Assembly: GCA_035358715.1 (NCBI GenBank) | Contig: DAOPPX010000001.1 | Span: forward strand, 274,412 to 338,411 | Reading direction: 5' to 3' | Origin: Verrucomicrobiota bacterium | GTDB lineage: Bacteria; Verrucomicrobiota; Verrucomicrobiia; Limisphaerales; UBA8199 | DNA length: 64,000 nucleotides | Shown: positions 18,131-27,477 of the stretch, in pieces | Layout: each line of letters opens with the position of its first letter | Position numbering within the stretch: position 1 is the stretch's first letter | The notes under the pieces: model-generated | The model's input: only the letters and a program-made list of their open reading frames with translations | Databases searched by the model: none | Told to the model about the DNA's origin: nothing | Position numbers and translations under genes: made by a program

Positions 18131-20887
18131 TTACGGATCGGTGGGCTTTGCTTGAACGACTGGGGATTCTTCGGGCACGGCAGTTTCTTCGGCTTTACGA
18201 TTGAAACCGTTGGCTCCCACATTAATGACCGCCGCGGTCGTGTTTCGCCAATTGGGATGGTGATCGATGATCAAGCATTGTTCGATGCCGTAGTGATTGA
18301 GGTTCTCCTTGAGTTTCTGGAAGAACGGGATCAGCAATTCCATGTTGGTTTCATCAATATGCGTGCTGGGTTCATCCAGGATGAGCACATGGACTCGCGG
18401 CAAGATCATACGCTGAAGCGCGATGCGAAAGGCAATGCCCACCAGGTTGGCATAACCGCCGCCCAGGGCCAGCGCCGAGCTTTCCTGGGCGTTGCGGTCC
18501 TCCACCATGATCTCCAAGTCCGTTCCCATGTGAAGCTTGATCGGCAGCCCCATCTCGCTCAGGAGCAGATTGGTTTGGGTCAGGACTTCCTCGAAGAAAC
18601 TCGTCAGGAATTTTTGCGGGCCGTTATCGTAAGACAGGAAGGCGCTGACGGCCTGCATGTCCGCGAGGTTGCGGCCCTGCTGGTCGAACCGCTCTTTTTC
18701 CCTCGCCAATTCTTTCATCTGCCCGCGCAGTTTGTCAGCCTGTTGCTGAAGCAGGTTGATTTCCGAGTTGAGTTGCTGGACCTGGGCGATCGTCTGCTGA
18801 AGCTGGGCCACTCTTTCTTCCTGATCCTTCCCCCACGTAAGCGCCCGGATCCTTTGCTCAGCCGAGGCAATTTCGGCCTTCAGGGCTTCAGCGCTCCGAA
18901 GTTGATCGAACCGTTCGGTCCAATCGCGGCTGGCCTTTTGGAACGCCTCCTGCGCCTCCGTTAGTTCGCGCTCTTGAGCCTGGCAGAGTTCCTGGTAATC
19001 CGCCTCCTGCTTGTAACCCGGGGGCTCGGCGCCAAGATCACTCTGAATCCCGGCAAGCTGGCTCTGGAGCGTCTCAGTCTGCTGTTTCAATCGAGCGCGC
19101 TTGGTGGCGCGGTTTCCGGCTTCGGTCTGTTGCTGCAACAATTCCCGGATACGAAGGTTTGCCTTTTCCACATCCCGGGCCACCCGATCGTCTTCCAAGA
19201 CCCGCTGCTGATCCGCTGTCGCCTCAGCGGCAATCCTCTGGCGCAACGCCTCGGCCTCCTGCACCGGCGGATTCATAGCCTCCCGCACTTTCTGGTAGCC
19301 TGCAATCACCGCCCCGACCTGCGCGATTTCGGCTTCGGGCAGTTCGAATGCTCCCATTTGCGCAGCCAATTCACGGCGCTTTTCAGCACAGTTGCTTTCT
19401 TCTCGAAGGATTTGCTCGTGCAACTTGGGAATTTCCGCCTGGGCCTGGGTCCAATCCCGATACTCGGCAGCCGCTTGTTGAGACCTGGTCAGGTCATGCT
19501 GCAACTCCTTGGTTTGTGCATCGAGTTCGCTGCGGCGCCGGCCGAGGGCGGTTGTTTCCCAGGCCCTCTGGCAGAGCGGACAAGTGTCGGTAGCGCTCGC
19601 AGCATGGCGATGGAGGCTGGTGATTTCCTGCAATTTCGCTTCGCTGGCCTGGCAGGCCTTCAGCGTTTCGGCGGATGGACGGGGCACCTTTTCGAGCCGG
19701 CCGAGCTTCTCCTTAAGCCGATTGAGGGCCTGCTCAAGGCCTTGCTGTTGTTGGCTGGCAGTCTGGAGTTGCAGGATCTGATCCAGGGACAGCCGGTACC
19801 AATTGCGGCTGTGCCGGAGGTTCGCAACGGTCTTTTGGTTCTGAGCGATGATCCGATCCAGCGACCCCAGTTCCTTGCGAAGCTGCTCCAGGGCCGTGTG
19901 CGCCGTGGCAATTTCACTCCGCCTTTTGAGCATGGTCTGGAGCGCGTCACTGGTCTCCTGGAGCTGCTGGCCGTGGTTGATGCTGTCTTCCGGAAGCGCG
20001 GCGAGTTCCTTTTCAACCCGCTGCAATTCGTGATGGGTCTTTTGTGCTTTTTGATATCGGGATGCGAGATGGCATTGAGCCAGTACACCGCGGACGTTCC
20101 GAATCCTGTTCTGTAACTCCTCCAGATTCGGCAGTTCTTTGCCTGTTTTGGCTTGTGCCTTGGCAAGAGCTTCGCGCTTCGCGGCGAGTTGGCTTTCTGT
20201 GCTCTCGCGCAGTGTTTTGGTCTGCTGAAGTCCGGCCAGTTCTGCCTGGAGTGTGCTCCGGTCCGGGTGAGCGTGCAGCGCGCCGTTCTTTTCCGCGGCC
20301 TGTTGCTCCGCCTGGCCGAGTTTGCTCTCGACATCCAGTATGAGTGGACCGGGATCATTGATAGTTGGATAGCTTCGCTGGAATTTGTTCAAGGCCGCCT
20401 GTTTCTGCAGAAAGCCTTTGAAGCCGCAAATCTCTATGAATTTGGTCAACCGGTCTCGACCACGTTCCCTAATCAGGCTGGCGATCTGGCCTTGAGGGGC
20501 GATGAGCAGTTCCAACAGAGTCTCCTGTCGGCCAAACCATTCCTGCAACTGCTGCTGGATTTCCTCGGCGCTGGTCAGCACTTTATTCTCAAACTCCAGC
20601 GCGGCCTTGGATTGGCGCTCCTTGATGGTCCGCGAGAGCGTGAATTGGACGCGCTCATGGGTTAGGGCGGTCAGCCGGATGGAGGCCTGCTTGGCGCCAA
20701 ACTGAATATCGGAAGCATCGCCAAAATCGCTGCGGCCCTGGGCAACCGCACGGCCGATAGCCCGAACGAGGTTGCTCTTGCCGCCATTATTGGGACCGCT
20801 CAGGTGGATGAGTGGTTCGTTCGGAAAGACGACGTCCAGTTCGGAATGCTGGCACCAGTTCTTCAGTTCCAGTCGGAGAAGTCTCAT
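18131..20887 (-). CDS. sbcC: SbcC/Rad50-family ATPase
   Basis: From the internal ATG: MRLLRLELKNW..LSGPNNGGKSN (Walker A). Central zinc hook CPLCQR within long coiled coils. C-terminal LILDEPSTHID (Walker B). The start overlaps the sbcD stop (ATGA at 20884-20887). Confidence 0.85.
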   Translation of the reverse strand: MRLLRLELKNWCQHSELDVVFPNEPLIHLSGPNNGGKSNLVRAIGRAVAQGRSDFGDASDIQFGAKQASIRLTALTHERVQFTLSRTIKERQSKAALEFENKVLTSAEEIQQQLQEWFGRQETLLELLIAPQGQIASLIRERGRDRLTKFIEICGFKGFLQKQAALNKFQRSYPTINDPGPLILDVESKLGQAEQQAAEKNGALHAHPDRSTLQAELAGLQQTKTLRESTESQLAAKREALAKAQAKTGKELPNLEELQNRIRNVRGVLAQCHLASRYQKAQKTHHELQRVEKELAALPEDSINHGQQLQETSDALQTMLKRRSEIATAHTALEQLRKELGSLDRIIAQNQKTVANLRHSRNWYRLSLDQILQLQTASQQQQGLEQALNRLKEKLGRLEKVPRPSAETLKACQASEAKLQEITSLHRHAASATDTCPLCQRAWETTALGRRRSELDAQTKELQHDLTRSQQAAAEYRDWTQAQAEIPKLHEQILREESNCAEKRRELAAQMGAFELPEAEIAQVGAVIAGYQKVREAMNPPVQEAEALRQRIAAEATADQQRVLEDDRVARDVEKANLRIRELLQQQTEAGNRATKRARLKQQTETLQSQLAGIQSDLGAEPPGYKQEADYQELCQAQERELTEAQEAFQKASRDWTERFDQLRSAEALKAEIASAEQRIRALTWGKDQEERVAQLQQTIAQVQQLNSEINLLQQQADKLRGQMKELAREKERFDQQGRNLADMQAVSAFLSYDNGPQKFLTSFFEEVLTQTNLLLSEMGLPIKLHMGTDLEIMVEDRNAQESSALALGGGYANLVGIAFRIALQRMILPRVHVLILDEPSTHIDETNMELLIPFFQKLKENLNHYGIEQCLIIDHHPNWRNTTAAVINVGANGFNRKAEETAVPEESPVVQAKPTDP

Positions 20888-21999
20888 GTGGCTGTTGCAG
20901 GGATTTTCATCAGGTCGCCCAGGGGGTTGTCGAACGGGTCCTGGGTCAGGACAAGGGTGAGGATTTGAAGTTGCCGGGCCGTGAGTTCCTTCTGGGCTAT
21001 TTCCAAAATGTCGGTTTCCTTCATCTCCTGTAAAGGTCTCGCCATGCCATCGGAAAGGGGCACTTCGAAGAAGACAAGCAGCCTCTGACGCCAAGGGCCA
21101 AGGTGCGGTTTGAGGGCTGACCGCAGCTTTTGTGGGTAATGCAGGGCAAGGATGCCTTCCGGGTGCGACTCGACCCACTGGTTGACGGACTGAACCGCCA
21201 AATCGGGATCCTCCTCCGGCCCAATGATGCGTTTCAGGAAAGGCCGGCTTGGCAGGTCCATCACCTCCCAGTTCCGGCCATGCTCCCGGCCCGGATAGAA
21301 ACGGAGGCATTTCTTGACCGTGTCGTAGCGTGGGCCGAAACGATCGCTGATGACGTTCCCTTCCGAGATTTCGGTCATTTCGGTCGAACCACTATAGATA
21401 AACCAATTGTTGGCGACCGGATCGTGGTAATCGCTGTAGGTGTGCAGGTCGCCCATCAAGACCGTGCAGTTCTTCAATCCCAACTCCCGCAGCTCCTTGG
21501 CGCTGAAATCGTATTCGGGTTCCTGCTGGTGTGCTGCCCAGGCCATCAGCTCCAGAATCCTGCCATGCATGAGGAGGACCGTCGTATCATTTGGCAGTTG
21601 CTTGATCTTCTCGTAGAGCTGTTCCCTCGGCTGATATGACAGAAACGCGGCGTTGACCGGCCCCAGCTTCAGAACACGCCCATCGGCATTGATCTCCGGG
21701 CTGACCGTGTCGAGCCAGGATGCGTCGCTGCCGTCATGGTTACCATCAATGGCAAAGAACTTCTTGCCCGCTTGATGAAGGCGCTGCGCAATGTTCTGAA
21801 GGCGGATCTGGTATTTGGGCAGCAGACTTTTCCGGTGGAATGTATCCCCGGTCAGAATGAGTCCCAAACACTCGGGGTTCGAGCAAGCCTCTTGCAGGAT
21901 GGCTTCGATACACCGCTGGTTGTCTTCATAGCGGATAGACAGCCCATACTGCGCGCGTTCCGTGTGCAGGTCCCCGGCCACAAGGTAGTGTGGTTCCAT
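20884..21999 (-). CDS. sbcD: SbcD/Mre11-family nuclease
   Basis: Calcineurin-like phosphoesterase motifs VAGDLHTE, ILTGDTFH, AIDGNHD, LLMHG and MGDLHT. Confidence 0.85.
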   Translation of the reverse strand: MEPHYLVAGDLHTERAQYGLSIRYEDNQRCIEAILQEACSNPECLGLILTGDTFHRKSLLPKYQIRLQNIAQRLHQAGKKFFAIDGNHDGSDASWLDTVSPEINADGRVLKLGPVNAAFLSYQPREQLYEKIKQLPNDTTVLLMHGRILELMAWAAHQQEPEYDFSAKELRELGLKNCTVLMGDLHTYSDYHDPVANNWFIYSGSTEMTEISEGNVISDRFGPRYDTVKKCLRFYPGREHGRNWEVMDLPSRPFLKRIIGPEEDPDLAVQSVNQWVESHPEGILALHYPQKLRSALKPHLGPWRQRLLVFFEVPLSDGMARPLQEMKETDILEIAQKELTARQLQILTLVLTQDPFDNPLGDLMKIPATAT

Positions 22000-22061
22000 A
22001 ACTCATTGTTTGCCGTCAATCTGAGGTGCCCTAATCGGGCCTCATGCGCTATTGGACCAGT

Positions 22062-22982
22062 TCAGGACCGGGGAGGCCACGGCAAACTTGGCTGGTTTTT
22101 CTCGGTTCCGGGCCTGTATGCTCGCGAGTCCTGCTTGGCCGTGCCTTCCCGGCGCGCTCCATCAATGGTCTTTGGAGCGTTTGGGGGTACGGTAGGCTTT
22201 TCATTCGGCTTCGGATCTGGCGGCGCGGGCATCGGTTTGCCAGGTGGCGTCGGGGGTCGGGGAGCAGGCGTGGCCGGCGTGTTTTTGGCTTTTCGTCGTG
22301 AAAGGGTGCGGAGGGCGTTGTCGGCGGTGGTGATCTTCTCACCTGCTTTAGTGCTGCGTACATGCAGGTCCTTGAGAGAATCCTGGATTTCAAACGGGCG
22401 CAGGTCTTCTTCCTGAATGGGATAGGCCGCGTTGTCCGGCATGAAAATCGCCACAGCCTGACTATTGGTTCGCAAGACGCCCAAGAACCAGAGCTGTTCA
22501 TTGCCGAGCGCGATTGAGCTCTCCTCGATCTGCTCTTCGGTGGTCACGGTTTGCTCGTCCAATTTTTCGGGCAATGCCTGGAGAATGCGGACGTCCTTTG
22601 TCACCCTGCTTTCGAGTTTGTTGCCTTCCACCCGGGCACCTTCGGTGGTCTTGGTCACAAAGGCGTAAGTTTGCAGAGCTCCCCGCTCGTCCGGCATTTT
22701 GCTCCAGCCAAGCACCTGCATCTGCTCCAGTCGGTCCGGAGCATAGGACGGGGTGTCATTTACCTCGAAGCGGAACGGATTCCTTACGTTTGCCCACTCG
22801 GTCTTCAGTTCCGCCCCTCTGAGGATTGAACTCTCTTCCGTCGCGCCTATGGGCTTGTCGGCTGTCTGTATTCCGGGCGGTGCACCAGACAATTTAGCCG
22901 CTGGAGCATTCCCTGGGCTTTGGGCGGAAACTATTCTGCACACCAGCAGCAAGGCGGGGATTACTGAAAGCCGGGTTTTCAT
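22062..22982 (-). CDS. secreted protein with Pro-rich tail, in the PilP position of the pilMNO(P) row
   Basis: Signal peptide MKTRLSVIPALLLVCRIVSAQ. ATGA overlap with the PilO-like stop. The PilP assignment rests on position only. Confidence 0.55.
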   Translation of the reverse strand: MKTRLSVIPALLLVCRIVSAQSPGNAPAAKLSGAPPGIQTADKPIGATEESSILRGAELKTEWANVRNPFRFEVNDTPSYAPDRLEQMQVLGWSKMPDERGALQTYAFVTKTTEGARVEGNKLESRVTKDVRILQALPEKLDEQTVTTEEQIEESSIALGNEQLWFLGVLRTNSQAVAIFMPDNAAYPIQEEDLRPFEIQDSLKDLHVRSTKAGEKITTADNALRTLSRRKAKNTPATPAPRPPTPPGKPMPAPPDPKPNEKPTVPPNAPKTIDGARREGTAKQDSRAYRPGTEKNQPSLPWPPRS

Positions 22983-23494
22983 CGGGTTTGAGCTTGAGGC
23001 AATCGGACGGTGAGAGTGGCTACCACGTCCTCCTCCGGTTTGTTGGGGCTGGGCTTCATCACCAGCGAACTCAATTCGACGAACTGGAACGTGTTCCAGA
23101 GGTCGGTGAGCAACTGCCCCAGCGTGTTGTACTGCGTCACGAAACTGAAACTGGTCTCCTTGGAATCGAGTTGGAGCGTTCTGAAACTGTAGATGGGGTA
23201 CTTCCCGTTGTTGATGAGGCCCTGTATCGAATCCAGGCCGCTCTGGTCGATGTTCTTTTGAAAGAGGTCATTGGCCTTTCGCTTCTCCTCCATGTTTTGG
23301 AACTCTTTGAGTTTCGCCTCCAAACCGGCCTTTTCGGCAAGCAGGCCGTCTTTGCGTTTGATGACCTGGTGCCAGCGCAGGGACACCGGCTTTAAGACGT
23401 GCGAGCCGGCCACCCACGGCGCGACGGCGACCAGCGCCAGGAAGAGGATGGCGGCGACAGCTGCAAGCTGGGCTCTGAGGGCGTTGGATTTCAT
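22979..23494 (-). CDS. PilO-like pilus alignment protein
   Basis: Short cytoplasmic N-terminus, one TM (AAVAAILFLALVAVAPWV), a coiled coil, then a C-terminal alpha/beta region. I used the ATG at 23494 (MKSNAL). Confidence 0.55.
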   Translation of the reverse strand: MKSNALRAQLAAVAAILFLALVAVAPWVAGSHVLKPVSLRWHQVIKRKDGLLAEKAGLEAKLKEFQNMEEKRKANDLFQKNIDQSGLDSIQGLINNGKYPIYSFRTLQLDSKETSFSFVTQYNTLGQLLTDLWNTFQFVELSSLVMKPSPNKPEEDVVATLTVRLPQAQTR

Positions 23495-23498
23495 CGTG

Positions 23499-24086
23499 TC
23501 ACTGCTTCTTGAGCTGCGCGGCAAAAGCCGCGTATTCGTTCTTGGGACTGGGCCTTTGGTTGGCCGGCAGTTCCTGGTACTTTGGCGTCTCTTCTCCGGA
23601 CTGAACGAGTTGGTAATCCGGCGGCGGTGTGGGGTTTTGGATGACGCTGTCGGCGATAGCCTTTTCCAACGTAAGCCGCAAGTTCACTTTGTCGGCAGCC
23701 GGCTGAACCGTAATGAAATGCGCGCGTTGCGCGCGGCCTACCAGCGTGGGCAGCCAATCGAGCAGCGGACCTGGACGGACAATGGTGCGCTGGCGGTACT
23801 TGAACTGCTCGTAGCTGTTCTGCGTGCGCCGGTTTTCGAGCAGTTTCTGGTTCAGGGCGGCGATATCCCGCGTGGCCTGTTCGGCCGTGCGCAGGGCCTG
23901 CACCTTGAGTTGGTAGAGCTTGAGAAACCCGTACCCTTCCTTCAGTAGTAGTCCCATTCCGAAGAGGGTGCAGATGTAGAGCAGGATGAAGAGGTATTTC
24001 ATCCAACCCGGCAGTTTGAGGACGGCATCCTCCGGTTCCGGCTGGAGATCGATGATGACGGGTAGTTTGAGCTGGTGGGAAGTCAT
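23499..24086 (-). CDS. PilN-like pilus alignment protein
   Basis: N-terminal LPVIIDLQPE resembles the PilN INLLP PilM-binding motif. It is followed by a TM (YLFILLYICTLFGMGLLL) and a coiled coil. Confidence 0.6.
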   Translation of the reverse strand: MTSHQLKLPVIIDLQPEPEDAVLKLPGWMKYLFILLYICTLFGMGLLLKEGYGFLKLYQLKVQALRTAEQATRDIAALNQKLLENRRTQNSYEQFKYRQRTIVRPGPLLDWLPTLVGRAQRAHFITVQPAADKVNLRLTLEKAIADSVIQNPTPPPDYQLVQSGEETPKYQELPANQRPSPKNEYAAFAAQLKKQ

Positions 24087-24089
24087 GAT

Positions 24090-25040
24090 TCAGGTTGCGG
24101 CGCGGATGTCGCGGACAATTCCAAGATCGGGCTCCGGATAGGGCTGGACCTGGCTGACAACGCCGTCGGCCGGCCAGACCAAGGCTTTGCCATTCTTTTG
24201 GATGTTCTCCACCGCGCCAAAGGCCGGGTCCTGACGGTCGTGGTGGACGTAGATGTTGGCAACCTGGGCGTTATCCGCCCTCGCTGAAACAATTTGGACG
24301 GTGGTCTCGATCTCCTTGCTCAGGGCGTTTAGCGCCGGTCTGGTTCCGGTGCCTCCGCGCGGGCCCTCGGCAATGAGCCGGCTGCGCAACGTGAGGATTT
24401 CCCCCTTGTTCCAGCCCAGGAAGAACATCAGCTTCTGCGAGTAATACACCAGCACGCCGGGGTTCTCCCAATCCAGCGGCATGGCGGAGACGCAGGCCAT
24501 GATTGCTGTGGGATAATGGAATGCGGACACCACGTCGAAGCCCCACTGCCGGAACTTCTCGATGGGCCGGGTGATTTGCTCCCGCTCGACTCCGTTTAAG
24601 CAGATTTGCCGGCCGGCCTGGGACAAGAAATACTTGGTCTGCCGTTCGTAGGTCTTGCCCACTTCCTCTTCCAGATTCGTGCTAAACACGCGCTCGATGT
24701 CTTTGAGCTTCTGCTCGGCCGGATACACTTTGAGGTTGGAGAAGAGGACGTTGAGCCCCAGGAGCAGGTATTTGGTCCCGGCTGCCTCGGTCATCAGCTC
24801 AGCCACCCATGGTGCATCCATTTCAGCCTTCTGGAGATTCTCGCAGAAGGCGGTTACCGGTTTGCCGAGCTGGAGCTTCCTGTTTTTGAGACGGGCCTTG
24901 GCGTACTTGATATGCTGATGCCCGAGAACGGCCACAATGAACTCATCGCTGCCGACTTTCTGGGTGAAGTGCGTCGAGGGATCGTCGCTCCGGGCGATGA
25001 ATGCCTTGAACGAGAGGATATCGAGGATGCTACTTATCAT
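24090..25040 (-). CDS. PilM-like (actin-fold) protein, assigned mainly by position and size
   Basis: 316 aa, directly upstream of the PilN/O-like genes with a 3-nt spacing. I could not verify ATP-binding motifs by eye. Confidence 0.45.
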   Translation of the reverse strand: MISSILDILSFKAFIARSDDPSTHFTQKVGSDEFIVAVLGHQHIKYAKARLKNRKLQLGKPVTAFCENLQKAEMDAPWVAELMTEAAGTKYLLLGLNVLFSNLKVYPAEQKLKDIERVFSTNLEEEVGKTYERQTKYFLSQAGRQICLNGVEREQITRPIEKFRQWGFDVVSAFHYPTAIMACVSAMPLDWENPGVLVYYSQKLMFFLGWNKGEILTLRSRLIAEGPRGGTGTRPALNALSKEIETTVQIVSARADNAQVANIYVHHDRQDPAFGAVENIQKNGKALVWPADGVVSQVQPYPEPDLGIVRDIRAAT

Positions 25041-25046
25041 GGCGTT

Positions 25047-26141
25047 TCAGGCTCCCATAGCGACAATCTGCCTCTTTACTTCGTCATCGATCAGGCCTTG
25101 CCGGTAAAGGAGTTCAGCGGCCTTCGGCCAGTTCTGCATGCCAAACTCGCTGTAGCCCGATTCGATGGCCCGGCGCACGCCTTGCAGGTCCCTTTGCCGG
25201 ATGTAGGAAGAGACGCCGTCGCTGGCGAGCAGGATTTCCCGTACGGCCAGGCGCCCGCCTTCGCGGGCGTTGACCAGAATCTGACAGATGATGGCCTTGA
25301 GCGTGGTGGACAAGACGTTCCAGGCGCCCAACTGCTCCGCTGCGGGGAACATGTTGACAAACCGCTCGATAGACTGGGCGGCGTTGGCGGTGTGCAGCGT
25401 GCCAAAGACGATATGGCCGGATTCGGATGCCCGCAGCGCGATATCGGCGGTTTCGTAATCGCGTATTTCCCCGACCAGGATGGAGTCGGGGTTTTGGCGC
25501 AGCGCCGCCCGCAGGCCATAGGCGAAGGTACTGACGGAAATGCCCACCTCGCGCTGCGAAATGATGGAGCGGCCGCCGCGCAGGACATATTCGATCGGCT
25601 GCTCCAGGGTGATGATGTGCTCGGCAAAAGTGTCGGCCCGGTGCTGGAGCAGCGAGGCCAGCGTCGTTGACTTGCCTTGGCCGGTTTTGCCGCAAACCAG
25701 CACCAACCCGTGTCGAAACAAGTCAATCGCCTCCACGGTGCGCGAGTCCAACTGGATCTCCTCCGGGGCGGGGATATGAGCGCTCAATGGGCGCAGGGAA
25801 ATTCGGGCGGTCTGCCGCAGAGTTTGCTCATCCAGCGCTCGATAGAAGTTGAAGCGGTAGCGCCTCCCCTCGCAGGTGACGGCGCCGTCCACTGATCCCT
25901 CCGGCCAGGACTCCGCACAGGTGATGGCGCCTTTGATGGCTGTGTCGCCGGACTGATTGAGAAAGGCAACCAAGGCGTCTTCTTCGGGAGCAATGATCGA
26001 GGTGGGCCGCACCTCCCCATTGGTTCGAACGTGGATGGTTTTGCCGGCACAAAGATAGATGTCGCTCACTTTGTGCTCCATCAGTTGGTTGAGCACGGCC
26101 GCAAGTTGCTCCGGGCTCCGCAAGCGATTCTGTTCTGCCAT
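25047..26141 (-). CDS. pilT: PilT-family retraction ATPase
   Basis: VSDIYLCAG..IHVR, Walker A LVCGKTGQGKSTT, ILVGEIRDYETADIAL, SGHIVFGTLHTANAAQSIERF. Confidence 0.9.
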   Translation of the reverse strand: MAEQNRLRSPEQLAAVLNQLMEHKVSDIYLCAGKTIHVRTNGEVRPTSIIAPEEDALVAFLNQSGDTAIKGAITCAESWPEGSVDGAVTCEGRRYRFNFYRALDEQTLRQTARISLRPLSAHIPAPEEIQLDSRTVEAIDLFRHGLVLVCGKTGQGKSTTLASLLQHRADTFAEHIITLEQPIEYVLRGGRSIISQREVGISVSTFAYGLRAALRQNPDSILVGEIRDYETADIALRASESGHIVFGTLHTANAAQSIERFVNMFPAAEQLGAWNVLSTTLKAIICQILVNAREGGRLAVREILLASDGVSSYIRQRDLQGVRRAIESGYSEFGMQNWPKAAELLYRQGLIDDEVKRQIVAMGA

Positions 26142-26145
26142 CCCT

Positions 26146-26155
26146 CTATTATAGG
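26146..26155 (-). promoter_or_regulatory. -10-like motif variant CCTATAATAG (overlaps the stop codon of the upstream gene)
   Basis: Minus strand reads CCCTATAAT-AGAGGG-ATG(26141). Confidence 0.45.
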
Positions 26156-26925
26156 GACGGCCGCCCTCTCTTTTGTTGCACCAGCCGGTGAATCTCGGTT
26201 GCCAAAACGTTTATCAGGTGTGTCACATCTCCCAGCGTTAGCAGCGGCGCCCCATCGTCTGCCGTTGTGGGCGCGCCCCGGTCTGCGTTTGCCGAGGCTC
26301 CTGGATTCGCGTCCAGGACGGCTGGAACCTTCGCGGCCAGAGGCGGTTTTGCTCCTGGAGGCATAACTACGGCAGCAACGTCGGCGCCCTCTCCGCTCCG
26401 AGTTGGTGAGACGGCGGTTGGTGCCGTGGTGCGCGAACGGGAAGAGGTCGGATTGACCGGCATCGGCCTGGGCGTATACCCGGCTCCTGCGCTCGCCTGG
26501 GTTCTGGCCTCAGCCTGCCTCAAGTGGTCGAGCAGTTCCTGTAAGCATTGGGGACTGGCGAGGGCGAATTTGACCTGAGTGCATTGCTGAAAATACCCGA
26601 GCAGCACTTCGGTCGCGATGGGGTCCCAGGGATTGCTGCTGATGACGGATAAGATCTCCCCGTGGCGGGCCATAGGGACGAACCTGTATTCCATCAAGGC
26701 GGCGGTCTCGAGTTCGGCGGCAAGTTGGCTGCAATCGGCGAGCCGCGATTCGGTCAGGTCCGCCGGTTCGACGAGCGGCAAGCCGAGCACATAAGCCAGA
26801 GCGGCCATCAACTCGGCCTCATCGACCGTGCATCGGTCCAGCGCAGCAGGGTTGACCTCGCGTCGCTCGGCGATGGCCTGATACGCCTCGTTAAGGATCT
26901 GGTTGGGAATTTCGGCGGTGCTCAT
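26149..26925 (-). CDS. stand-alone GspE/PilB N-terminal (T2SSE_N) domain protein with disordered Ala/Pro-rich tail
   Basis: From ATG 26925 (MSTAEIPNQ..): LAYVLGLPLVEPADL..YRFVPMARHGEILSVISSNPWDPIATEVLLGYF..VKFALASPQCLQELL. ATGA overlap with the upstream gene. Confidence 0.65.
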   Translation of the reverse strand: MSTAEIPNQILNEAYQAIAERREVNPAALDRCTVDEAELMAALAYVLGLPLVEPADLTESRLADCSQLAAELETAALMEYRFVPMARHGEILSVISSNPWDPIATEVLLGYFQQCTQVKFALASPQCLQELLDHLRQAEARTQASAGAGYTPRPMPVNPTSSRSRTTAPTAVSPTRSGEGADVAAVVMPPGAKPPLAAKVPAVLDANPGASANADRGAPTTADDGAPLLTLGDVTHLINVLATEIHRLVQQKRGRPSL

Positions 26926-27437
26926 ACGGGCCAGGCGAACTGCATCAGGGCTTGGCGGATCCGATCCGGTTCGCTCAGTGCGACGACGGGAAAAGGCGGC
27001 TTGCTCCCAGCCAGTGTCTGCCACACGGCGCCTGGTCCTTCCGAGTCGTGCGGATTGCATCCGCACATGACCAACAGATGCGCGGAGGCTTTGACCGGGA
27101 CGATGAAGTGCCTGGCGCAGGCGTCTCTAATTTCCCGGTCTTCGCGCAAATGCGCCGCCAGTTCGGGGTTCGGCCAGTAGGAAAGGCGGCTGTTCTTCAG
27201 CACATGATTGAAAATGGCGTGGGCCCTTTCCGGTGTTCCGGCCCGGTGCATGCAAAACTCCAGCATAGAGGTAATCGGGCGCCTGGCCTGGGCGTCCTGC
27301 AAGACCACCCGATCGTATTCTGCCGCCAAAGCTTCCTTGGTCGCTTCGGTGGCCAGCGTGAATTGGACTGTGAGTTCCAAAAATTGCTTGCGGGAGGGCG
27401 TGTTCATTGGGGGTAGCCGATGTTGATGAACCGCCAT
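26922..27437 (-). CDS. second small protein with a T2SSE_N-like C-terminal half
   Basis: ACARHFIVPVKASAHLLVMCGCNPHD..PFPVVALSEPDRIRQAL. The start is uncertain (27437 or the ATG at 27407). Confidence 0.5.
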   Translation of the reverse strand: MAVHQHRLPPMNTPSRKQFLELTVQFTLATEATKEALAAEYDRVVLQDAQARRPITSMLEFCMHRAGTPERAHAIFNHVLKNSRLSYWPNPELAAHLREDREIRDACARHFIVPVKASAHLLVMCGCNPHDSEGPGAVWQTLAGSKPPFPVVALSEPDRIRQALMQFAWPV

Positions 27438-27477
27438 TGGTATGCGGCTGCGCTCCGAGGGTCGCTTTTCATGCCGG

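Noticed and set aside
20888-21310. 141-codon N-terminal extension of the SbcC ORF in the track (1059 aa).
   Set aside because: It overlaps the sbcD coding frame and is Pro/Gly-rich. The canonical SbcC N-terminus (MRLLRLELKNW..GPNNGGKS) begins at the ATG at 20887, in an ATGA overlap with the sbcD stop.
26149-27437. MshEN-type c-di-GMP binding motif in the stand-alone GspE-N proteins.
   Set aside because: I could not find the RLGxx(L/V/I)(L/V/I)xxG(L/V/I)(L/V/I)xxxxLxxxLxxQ pattern in either protein or in the pilB-like N-terminus.
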